Below, one piece after another: positions 52,582-64,000 of a stretch of DNA of 64,000 bases (position 1 is its first letter; every line of letters begins with the position of its first letter). The notes below the pieces were generated by a model. The model was not told the origin of the DNA and searched no databases. It was given only the letters and a program-made list of their open reading frames with translations. A program made the translations under genes and the position numbers. Origin of the DNA: Octopus vulgaris (Eukaryota). The DNA is taken from assembly GCA_951406725.2 (NCBI GenBank), contig OX597842.1:2108001-2172000 (forward strand). The letters are read 5' to 3'.

Positions 52582-52644
<63 letters not shown>

Positions 52645-53089
52645 CACACATATATGATAAGCTTCTTACAGTTTCTGTCTACCAAATCCATTTACGATAC
52701 TTTTGTTGGCCCAATGCCATTCTAGAAGACACTTGCCCAAGGTGTGATGTAGTGGGACTGAACCTGGAACTATCGTTGTGTTGTTGACATTATTATGACC
52801 GTCCATGACATTTCATGTGTGTGTTAGTGTGTGTATGTGTATATATGTGTTTGCTTCATATGTTGTATGTGTCGATGCCCTTTGTATAGTTTTGTTTGTT
52901 TGTTTTATCTATCTCTGTGTCGTGTATTTATCACAGGTATGTGACATAAACACATACATACTTAAGAAAAAATATATAGTGCGTGTGTTTATTTGGAAAT
53001 ACAATATCTGTTCCAACACACGATTTCACATCAGGAATCTTGCAAGATGAATTGATCTATCTATCTGTCTATCCATATATATAATAATA

Positions 53090-53140
<51 letters not shown>

Positions 53141-54355
53141 AATGTAAAAAAATACAAACTGGGACAAGAACGTGAAACATTTAGAAGACGATACAAAAAA
53201 CACAGATGGGACATTCAAAGCCTTCAATCTTCAGTCAAGAACCGGATCATCTTCGCAATTTCGGCTGATTAATCTTGAGATTGCTCCCATCTGGCCAGCC
53301 CCAAAGGAAAATCTAAGCCAAGCGCATTAGATTCCTTGGAAGAAAGCCTCAAATGTATACAAAACAAGGACGGAAAAATGGACGATGTTACATGAATAAA
53401 AATACAAATATATATATATATATAATTTTAATATAAATAAAATATATATATATATGTTTCCACCCCCACCATTATCACTACTACCAACACCACCACCACC
53501 ATCACCATTGTAACCACCGCCACAATACCATTATAGGCATAGGAGTGGCTGTGTGGTAAGTAGTTGTGAAACCAGAATGAGAGGAAAATATTTCTCCCAG
53601 CAATCACTATTTTCCTCTCACTCTGGCCTAATGACCCTTCATGTTTGATTTTGTTCAGTTTCCTTGTATGGTCCACTGTCATTTTTTTGTTCCTAACTTT
53701 GACCCTCCATAAATCCTAAATTTTACTTTAGAATTTATGGGAGCAACTGTCTTTGAAGACTCCTATTGTCATTAAATGTTTGAAATGAGGAGTAGATAGA
53801 CAGCTGACAACTGATAAAGGGTCTTTTCTCTATATCTACTACTTGTGCTGTTTTTATGAACTTCATGTTGTCTGCACAGTTGGTGACACCCTGTACCCAT
53901 ATATGTATGTGTATGTGTGTATGTAATATATATATATATATATATATACAAGTGAAGATGAGGATCAGAATCAAAATCGATCAATGGAAATTGCAGATGT
54001 GTTACCAGTGCCAGTGGCATGTAAGAGAATCTTCCGTTTCGCGACCGTTGCCAGCGCCGCCCCGACTGGCCTCGTGCACATAAAAAGCACCATCCGTTCG
54101 TGGCCGTTTGCCAGCTCTGTCTGGCACCTGTGCGGGTGGCACGTAAAAAGCACCCACTACACTCACGGAGTGGTTGGCGTTAGGAAGGGCATCCAGCCGT
54201 AGAAACACTGCCAGATTTGACTGGGCCTGATGAAGCCTTCTGGCTTCACAGACCTCAGTAGAACCGTCCAACCCATGCTAGCATGGAAAACGGACGCTAA
54301 ATGATGATGATGATGATATGTATCAAATGAAATCAAAAAAGAACACAAAGTATAT

Positions 54356-54450
54356 CGCGGTACACGTGTTTCAAGCTTTATAAAACAACCTATTCTTACA
54401 TCAATGTATAATCGACATAACGGATGGTTTAAAGCTCTCTTCAGTTGCAT
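54356..54450 (-). ncRNA. Type I hammerhead motif with a long stem II
   Basis: CTGAAGA-GAGCTTTA...ATGTCGAT(loop)ATTGATGT...TAAAGCTT-GAAA-CACGTG-TA. Palindromic ACACGTGT. Stem I is mismatched. Confidence 0.65.
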
Positions 54451-54680
54451 GCAATTGCTACACCAAAGACCTGTATCACATTATGAAAAGTCCGAAAGGT
54501 ACATTTGGTATTACTCATAATGATAGGTATATCGAGTCTCCCTGAGAAAATATGTTTGTAAACCTTCATAACCAAATAGGTGTGTGTATATATATATACA
54601 TATACATACATACATATTATTTAATTGAACGCCACGCATCCATTTCCAAGTAAGTATATATATATATATATACATACACA

Positions 54681-55815
54681 CAGGGTACGGTGAATAGACT
54701 GTCGTCTAAATTACGCAGAACTGAAAATAACACTGACATCTCATTTTAACAGATATATTTACCAAAATTACATAAAAACATCTTGAAATACTAAAGAGTA
54801 AATTTATTCAATAAAATCGCCACTGGCTTTCAACCAGGGCCCTCAGACAACTTTGAAATCCAAGTAGGTGCCTTATTATCACTCTGATATAATCCAGATC
54901 TGGCTAACCACATCGAATTAGATTTTGATAGCACATACAGAGTGTACAATCAAGATATAAAAATACAATGGAGAATTATACATCTTCAAAGCTTATTTAT
55001 TACAATCTTATTCTCATTAAATTTCAATCCGACACGGGTTTCTTCTGGATAAGTATCTGACTGTCCTTTGATGTAGCATCTTATGTGTATTCAGCTGGTT
55101 CAGTTGCAGTTCATATTCATAACACTAAAAATGAACTGAAAGCAGCATTCGCCAACTTAAACAAGTTGGTGAATGCTGCCTTCACTTCATTTTTAGTGTT
55201 ATGAGGTGTTTTGTTGGTCTCTCGCTCAAATTCACCCTGCACATAATAATCAAGGGGGTTGCTGTCTGGGGAGTTAGGTGACCAGATGTTAGGGGTGATG
55301 TAGTTGTAGAAATTGTCTGACAGTCATGACTGGGTTCTACTGCTTGTGTGGCATGATGGAATGTCCTGTTGCCAGACATAGGACTTCCAGCAGCCACTTT
55401 CTTGACCCAGGGCAGCATTTGCTCCTCTAAGCACTTGATGTAGGCCTCCATGTTATGTTGAGTCTGATGCTGTGTAGGAAGATGAATGGAGACATAATGT
55501 TGCCATCGTTAATGATCACTCCAAACACCATGATGTTGACTGGATGTTTGATCTTTATCACTCTCGAGACATGTCCTCAGATTGACACCCAAACACTCTG
55601 AAATGTTCATATTGGAGAACCAGTGTCAATGCCAAGCAGTACAGCATGTCATTTCCAAATTTCTGGCAGAATGAATTGCATCATGGTGCTGTCTTTCTCA
55701 CAGATGGTGCCCAAATGACCCTACTATACTGTGTAGTCGACAAAATCAGAAATAAACAATACGCATTCACAAAGTTAAAAGTACAAATTGGCAACAACTA
55801 ACCCATTGCACCCTG
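54681..55815 (-). mobile_element. DD37D (maT-type) Tc1/mariner transposon relic with both TIRs
   Basis: YVWQQD-IPSCHTSSRTQS*LSDNFYNYITPNIWSPNSPDSNPL-DYYV gives 37 residues between the last two Asp. Diverged TIRs CAGGGTACGGTGAAT.. and ..CCCATTGCACCCTG|TA. Confidence 0.8.
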
Positions 55816-55835
55816 TATATGTATGTATATGTATG

Positions 55836-56172
55836 CGTGGCACCTTGGGCAAGTCTCTTCTACTATAGCCTTGGGCCGACCAAAGCCTTGTGAGTGGATT
55901 TGGTAGATGGAAACTGAAAGAAGCCCGTCGTATATGTGTATATATATGTATGTATATGTGTGTTTGTGTGTCTGCGTTTGTCCTCCCAACATCGCTTGAC
56001 AACTGATGCTGGTGTGTTTACATCTTCGTAACTTAGCGGTTCGGAAAAAGAGACTGATAGAATAAGTACTAGGCATCCAAAGAATAAGTCCTGGGGTCGA
56101 TTTGCTTGACTAAAGGCAGTGCTCCAGCATGGCCACTATCAAATGACTGAAACAAGTAAAAGAGTAAAAGAG
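55836..56172 (+). mobile_element. SINE family A, 5'-truncated
   Basis: Family consensus lacking the head. Confidence 0.85.
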
Positions 56173-56215
56173 ATATAGATATAGATATATAGATAGATAT
56201 ATAAATGTTATTATG

Positions 56216-56247
<32 letters not shown>

Positions 56248-57304
56248 TGTATATATATAAATATGTATATATATATATATATTGGTAGCTAGATATATAT
56301 GCGTGTGTGTGTGTAGGCCACAGGGGTCGGGAATAACTAAATTTTATAATTTCTTCAATTAGTCTTAATGTCTCAATCTAGCATCAAAGACTTTCGATAA
56401 ACATTGTTCTGGAAGAGAAATCAATGTTGTGACAATATGACAAAACATAGCACTCCCAGCCAACTTTGAAGAATTCTTCCCTAAAATACATTTTCATAAG
56501 ATTTTTCTTAAAAAAAAATCAATTCTTTTCCCAACCATCTTTCACTTGCTTTGGTCATTGGACTGAGACCATGCAGGGGCACTTTCTTCAATGGTTTTAG
56601 TTGACCACATCGACCCTAGTATTAATTGTTTTTTTTTTCTGAGTCGAGTACCACTTCTGATGGCTTGGCTGTGTGGCAAGAATTTTGATTCCCAATCTCA
56701 TGGTTCTGGGTTCAGTGCCACTCTGTGACACCTTGGGCAAGTGTCTTCTACTATAGATCTCGTGAGTGGATTTGGTAGACAGAAACTGAATGAAGCCCAT
56801 ATTTTTCTGTCTCTTACTTGTAGCTGAGTGCCTTTCAAGTGTTGGGCCTCACAGAAGCAAAGGTGGCTGGGTTCCTTCCAAGTGTTGGGCCTCACGGAAG
56901 CAATGACTGAGACCTTTGGGATTATGTCGTGCTTGAGAAGAAGACCCATCAAGCTGATAAAAATCACAGTCGTGGCAGATACCGGTGTTATGCAAATTGG
57001 CATGTAAACGCACTCTAGTGTCATGCGAATGGCACCCGTGCTAGAGGCACATAAAAGCACCCGTTGCACTCTTTGAGTCGTTGGAGTTAGGAAGGACATC
57101 CAGCTATAGAAAACCATGCCATATCAGACTAGATCCTAGTGCAGCCTTCCAGCATGCCAACCCAGGCTCATTGTCTAACCCATGCCAGCATGGACAACGG
57201 ATGTTAAAAGATGATGATGATGATATATATGGCAGCACCAAAATCTTTTAAGTGCTCTGAGCCAATGTAGGCCCTATTCCGACCCTGCATTGTCTAATGT
57301 ATTG

Positions 57305-57900
57305 GTATAGTAGTTAGCATTATTAGCTATAATTGGTTTTGTTGTTTAGCCCCTGGTCAATCCTGATCCACCAGACCTCTGATCAAAGAAGTTCCACTTG
57401 TGACCATCCCATCTTTGATTCAGACATAGTGTATCTAGGATTACATCATATGATGTATAGTGTAGTAGTTAGTATTAGTGGCTATAGTTTGCTGTAGTTT
57501 AACCCCAAGTCAGACCTAATGCAGCAGATCAATAACATGACCATTCTGTATTATTTTAGGCATAGTGTATCAAGGACTACGTTATATAATGTATAGTAGA
57601 CAGTACTAATGTCTACAGTCTTAGTTGTTGTTTAGCCCTGGGTCAGACCTGATCCATCTGAACTATGATCATAATATGTTCTAGTTGTAACCATCCCATC
57701 TTATATTCAGGCATTGTCTATCTAGGACTAATTAGCTAATGTACAGTATAGCAGTTAGAGTTAGTAGCTATAGTGGTTCTTGTTGTAGTTTAGCCCTAGG
57801 TCAGACTTAATCCAATAGACGTATATGATCAAAGATGTTCTAGCCATGACCATTCTGAATTCTTTTGGTCTTGGTGTATCTAGGACTACATTGTTTAGTG
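57305..57900 (+). repeat. Diverged tandem array, 4 copies of ~145 bp
   Basis: gtatagt...gttta.ccc..ggtcagac.t.at.ca...tgatca.a....gttc.....tgaccat.c....tagtgtatctagga.tac occurs four times. Confidence 0.8.
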
Positions 57901-58409
57901 TGACCTTCTTTTTTAAAGATAGTTTCATTTATTTCAGGAAAATTTGTTTCCTTTTACTATCAGATTCTATAACCAGGCCTCAACACCACTGCTGTCATTG
58001 TTGTTGTTGTTGGTATTGATAAATAACTATCAGAAGTTATTGAACATCTTAAATCAATATATATTGATTGAATATATCATTTGGTGCTTATGATTTTGTT
58101 ATGTTCTCACCTCTGACCTCATTGATCTCCTTGGAGTAAAACCAACCAAACTTTGACCTTGGTAGGATTTGAACTCAGAATGCCAAGGGTCATAATTAAA
58201 CAACTAAACATTAATTCTTCACTGAGATTCAATGCCACATAGTTTGCTGGTGGTGGTGGTGGGGGTTCAGCTGGTGGAAATGACCTTGCGTTTGAATGGT
58301 ATTTTGTGTTATGGGCCCTACAATGACAAATGACAAAAAGCAGAGCTGACCTTGCTGGGATTTGAACACAGATTGTAAAGGATCATATTAAACATTGATT
58401 CTTAGTCAC

Positions 58410-59220
58410 AGCTGTGGCTGTGTATTGAAAAGCTTGCTTCCCAACCACATGGTTCTGAGTTCAAGCCCACTGCGTGACACCTTGGGCAATCATCTTGTAT
58501 TATAGACTCAGGTCAACCAAAACCTTCTGAGTGGATTCAGTAGAAGGAAACTAAAAGAAACCCATTGTGATAGGAAGCTTGCTTCCCAGCCGCATGGTTC
58601 TGGGTTCAGTCCCACTGCATGACACCTTGGGCAAATGTCTTCTACTATAGCCTCGGGCAAACCAAAGCCTTGTGAGTGGATTCAGTAGAAAGAAACATAT
58701 ATATATAGGTATGTATATATAGGTGTAGGCATGGCTGTGTGGTAAGAAGCTTGCTTCTCAACCACATGGTTCTAGGTTCAGTCTCAGTGCATGGCACATT
58801 GGTCAAGCATCTTGTACTAGGGCACTGGACCAACGAAAGCCTTGTTAGTGGATTTAGTAGATAGAAACTGTGGTCAGAAACTTGCATCCCAACCCTATGG
58901 TTCTGGGTTCAATCCCACTGCATGGCACCTTGGGCAAATGTCTTACAACCTCCAGCCAACCAAGGGCTTGTGAGTGGATCTGGTAGATGGAAACTGAAAA
59001 AAGCCTATCCTATATATATACATGTGTGTGTGTCAGTGTTTGTCCCCCACCATTGGTGCTGGTGGGTTTATGTCCTTGTAACTTAGGGGTTTTTGCAAAA
59101 GACACCGATAGAATATGCACCAAACTTAAGTAAAACAATTACTGGGGTTGAATTGCTTGACTAAAAACTCTTCAAGGTGGTGCCCCAGCATGGCCACAGA
59201 AACCAGTAACAGAAAAGGAA
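58410..59220 (+). mobile_element. Four tandem SINE A heads followed by a single tail
   Basis: Head segments at about 58410, 58573, 58722 and 58875. Tail 59030-59220. Confidence 0.8.
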
Positions 59221-59464
59221 GAAAAGATACATACACGTTCACATACACATATGCACACACACAAACACATATCCAATACTTCCCCCCATATATATATATA
59301 TATGTACACACACATATACATATGCATATTTAATATATTCTACATCAATAAATGTTAGCACACACATATATACATATATACAAATATATGTCCATACATA
59401 GAGATATATATGGCTATATATATGTTACATTAATAAATGTTTTCTGGCTCAAGCTATGTTATAC

Positions 59465-59542
<78 letters not shown>

Positions 59543-60481
59543 TTGTGTGTATGTATGTGTGTGTATATATATAGATATAAATATGTATGTGTATAGATAT
59601 ATATGTGTGTGTGTGTATGTATATGTATGTATGTGTGTATATGCATCTGTATGTATACATGTTTATATATATATATGTGTAGATATATGTTTGATATGTG
59701 TGTGTGTATGTATGTGTGTGTGTGTCTACATATATTGATATGTAGATAGATTGATAGATAGACAGATAAATAGATGTACCATCTTACACAAACACACATA
59801 TGTATATAGATATACATACATATAGAAACATATACATACACATGCATATATTTATATAGAAACCCATATATGTACATATATATATTCCCACCCATACTGT
59901 CTATAATATCAATATCTCAATATCTCACACACACACACACACCTCATAGTGTAACCTCATCTATAACATCTCTTGGACAATTAAGAGGAACATCAAAGTA
60001 AGAGCAATACTGAAGACATTTTGTAAATGTCCCCTTTTCGGGCGAATATTGGCTTCTTTCTTTTCCAGTTCTCAAAGATTCCTGCTTAGATTTGATGTTT
60101 ATTTAGCCATTTATTATGTATTCTTTATCAATTGTGTTTGTAGTTTTTGTTTTTAATTTTTAGTTTTTTTTTTGTTTTTCCTTTATTTTTTAAAGTTTTC
60201 TGTACATTGGAAATGCGTTTCTATATGTGTGTGTTTATATGTTTGTTTTGATGTATGTATGTGTGTGTGTGTGTGTGTGTTTTCCATGTTATATATATGT
60301 GTGCGTATGTATTTTATATATGTGTATATATGTATATATTTAATATGTATTTATATGTGTCTTTCTATACACCCACCCCCATCTCCCTACTCTTAACATA
60401 ACTTTTCTCTCTCTCCTACTCTCAATATATTTATGTATGTATGTGTATATATATGTATATGTATAAACACACATACATCTG

Positions 60482-60540
<59 letters not shown>

Positions 60541-60771
60541 ATAAACACATATATACATATATATGTATAAATACATATATATACGCGCACATATATATAT
60601 ATATATATATACATGTATATATATGTATACATACATGTATGTACATATATATAACTACATATAAATATATAAATGTATACACACACACACACAACTATAT
60701 TTATAACTCCACACTTAACACACTTTCTCTATTTATATGTGTGTATGTATACTTGTATGCATATATATCTG

Positions 60772-60840
<69 letters not shown>

Positions 60841-61534
60841 GTATATATATATGTGCATGTGTGTGTATATATATTCATATATGTGTCTGCTAACTCTCTG
60901 TCCATCTATACACACTTGTGTGTGTGTGTATGTATATATATATATATTTGTGCCTGTGTATAGTGCATACATACATACACACGTTCATATGTATGTATGT
61001 ATATATATATATATATATACACGTGTATATCTGTAGATATACATACAAGCACAAACCAAGAAAGTCTTTTAGTATCTCTTCTTTCTTCAACCAAAATAAG
61101 GAACAAAATAAAACAAAAATATAACAAAAACAAAATAACGAACAATTATATTTTGTCAGTTTCCATTATGTATATACATAATGATATTCGTTAATGTCAT
61201 TAAGTAATTAATGTTCTACATAGACTAATTAACTTTGATATCTTTGGAATAATGAGTGATATCAAAGAAAAGATGCAGTGGAATTATGGCTGTCGTAGTC
61301 TTCCATACATTTTTTGATTTTGGATCTGATTTTCTTTATTTCACTTAGAACAGAATTGACTGAAAAATTGTCTTTAGAAGGAGACCAAAGTCGAATGGTA
61401 AAGTGTGTTGTGTGGAACCATGGTCATCATCTTCATCATCATTGTCATCATCATTGTTGGCGTTTTTGACATTGCCATCATCATCATCATCATCATCACT
61501 GTTGTCATCTCCATCATTGTCATCACCATCATAG

Positions 61535-61945
61535 ACATGGCAGGAGTGGCTGTGTGGTAAGTAACTTGCTTACCAACCACATGGTTCTGGGTTCAGTCCC
61601 ACTGCGTGGCACCTTGGGCAAGTGCCTTCTGCTATAGCCTTGGGCCGACCAAAGCCTTGTGAGTGGATTTGGTAGATGGAAACTGAAAGAAGCTCATTGT
61701 GTATATATGTATATATATATATATGTGTGTGTGTGTATGTTTGTGTGTCTGTGTTTGTCCCCCCAACATTGTTTGACAACCGATGCTGGTGTGTTTACGT
61801 CCCCATAAATTAGTGGTGCGGCAAAAGAGAACAATAGAATATGTACTAGGCTTACAAAAAATATGTCCTAGCGTCGATTTGCTAGATTAAAGGCAGTCCT
61901 CTAGCATGGCCACAGTCAAATGACTGAAACAAGTAAAAGAATAAA
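61535..61945 (+). mobile_element. SINE family A, full length
   Basis: Family consensus. Confidence 0.9.
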
Positions 61946-62645
61946 AGGGTATCATTATTATTATTATTATTATTATCATTGTTTTGACATCTACGTTTCC
62001 ATGCTTGCATGGATCAGATGGTGTTGACTGAGGCAGATTTTCTATTGCTGGATGCTTTTCCTGTAGCCAGACCTCACCTGTTTCCAAGTAAGATAATATT
62101 TCCCACCATGGGATGATATTTCCTAAAGACGACTGCAAATCAATGACACTGCTTGTATGATGGTGATGCTCATTTACAGCTCTATAGGTCGTACCCAATA
62201 TCAACCCAAGGAGACAGTAACACGCATGTGTGATGACTAGCATAGCAGCATCGGCGTGAACGGTTATGAAGATAAAGGAGATACACTGGAGACTGGAAGC
62301 TATGGAACAGTGGTTCCCAAACATACCGGCTGCCACTCTCGTGACTTCTCTCGGCATTTGCTGAAGAAGGTGTTCATATGCAATCGATATGCGCATGCAC
62401 GCACACAAACACACACACACACACACACAGGTAATCAACCGTCTTTGGTCTTGAAGAACTGAAAGTATTTACAGTTCTATATAACAATAATAATAATAAT
62501 AATAATAAGAAGAAGAAGAAGAAGAAGGAGGATGAGGATGATGATGATGATGATGATGATGACAATATTGAAAAATACTTTAGGAATGAGAACCCAGGTC
62601 TGAAATTTCCCCAAGACACCTGATGAAGGCTGAAGGGTATGTCAG

Positions 62646-62924
62646 CCCTTGTTTAAAATAGTGTTCTGACCCTTCCAAAAGGTTGGGGCATGTACCACAG
62701 TTGGGTTTAATACATTTTTTTACTTTGGAGCTGGTTGTGGAGGGGAATAATTTTGCATTAGTTAGCAGCTTCTTTAATGACTTGGGTTGTTTGTTGCTTT
62801 TGACAATTTTAATGTCAGGTAAAATTCTTTTTAGTTTCGGGTCCTTGTGTAGTAGTGGTAGGTTTTGTATGGTTGTGCTGAATGCTTCTTTGTTTCTGAG
62901 GTTGTATGGTGAAATGTAGGGTAG
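62646..62924 (-). mobile_element. Penelope-like element (Neptune-type) RT-endonuclease linker fragment
   Basis: Stop-free frame absent from the ORF track: LPYISPYNLRNKEAF...KSNKQPKSLKKLLTNAK...KKCIKPNCGTCPNL. It has the Cys-knuckle linker of Neptune-group PLEs. Confidence 0.75.
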
Positions 62925-63570
62925 TCAAGTGATTGTGGGGACACAAACACACACATATACACATATGTAGAAATATATATACGATGGGCTTCTTTCAGTT
63001 TCCATCTACCAAATCCACTCACAAGGCTTTGGTTGACGATGGGCTATAGTAGAAGACACTTTCCCAGGGAGCCACGCAATGGGACTGATCCCAGAATCGT
63101 GGTTAGTAAGCAAGCTACTTACCACACAGCCACACCTGTGCCTATATATGTATGTATATATGTATATATATATTTACTCTTTTACTTGTTTCATTCATTT
63201 GACTGCGGCTATGCTGGAGCACCACCTTTAGTCGAGTAAATCGACTCCAGAGCTTCTTCTTTGAAAGCCTATACTTATCAGTCTCTTTTGCCGTACCGCT
63301 AAGTGATGGGGGACGTAAGCACACCAGCATTGGTTGTCAAGCGATATTGGGAGGACAAATACAGACACACAAACATACACACACACACACAAACACATAT
63401 ACATATACAATGGGCTTCTTTCAGTTTCCATCTACCATATCCACTCACAAGGCTTTGGTTGGCCCGAGTCTATAGTAGAAGATACTTGCCCAAGGTGCCA
63501 TGCAGTGGGAATGAACCCAGGCCCATGTGGTTGGTAAGCAAGCTACTTACCACACAGCCACTCCTGCACC
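62925..63570 (-). mobile_element. Two SINE A copies (62925-63143 head half, 63173-63570 full length)
   Basis: Reverse family consensus. Confidence 0.88.
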
Positions 63571-64000
63571 TATAAATATATAAATGTATATATTCATTTC
63601 TATATATATCTACATTTCTAAAGATACACACATGTCCAAATGCACACATACACACACATACTCTCTCCGCCTCCCCATCACTGCACCATACACTGCCAGT
63701 TAAGCAAAGTACCTGAACACCATGCATTTCCTGCCCCTTTCCCAACTGTTTTATGTCCTTCCTATTCATCACTAACCCCCCATGGATGATAGATGATGTG
63801 GTGTTTTTCGTTTTTTGTTTCCCCTTTTGATCGAGTGGCGGTAAAGAAGGGCTGGTGTCCCATCACAAAATGAGCGATCTTGTGGGTGGATGTTTTATTA
63901 TTATTTTATGAGGGGTCTCTGTAGCTCCCCTATCTTTGGAACTCTTAACAGGGCAAATTATGCCCCATCAAAATCACCACCACCACCACCACCACCACCA

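Overview
This is repeat-dominated, AT-rich animal genomic DNA. The SINE, microsatellite and transposon content resembles an octopus (coleoid cephalopod) genome, though that is inferred. Nearly every entry in the ORF track is a microsatellite or SINE artefact. One convincing host coding exon is present: a 251-nt + strand internal exon (10036-10286) encoding PGP/SHIPPO-type repeats, most similar to STPG2. I found no other exon of this gene, so the rest is probably very large intronic sequence. It contains about 30 copies of one tRNA-headed SINE, two or three other SINE families, truncated RTE, CR1 and R4/Dong LINEs, and Penelope-like element (PLE) fragments. There are also Tc1/mariner relics including a DD37D maT, a nested TA-flanked MITE, two non-autonomous Helitrons, minisatellites and long simple repeats. 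The most notable feature absent from the ORF track is a set of at least eight type I hammerhead-ribozyme-like motifs with unrelated surrounding sequence. Several sit in short cassettes embedded in (TA)n tracts. One is a 210-nt direct-repeat-bounded unit with two hammerhead cores in tandem, and another is fused to a PLE ORF fragment. Repeat boundaries are read by eye and approximate.
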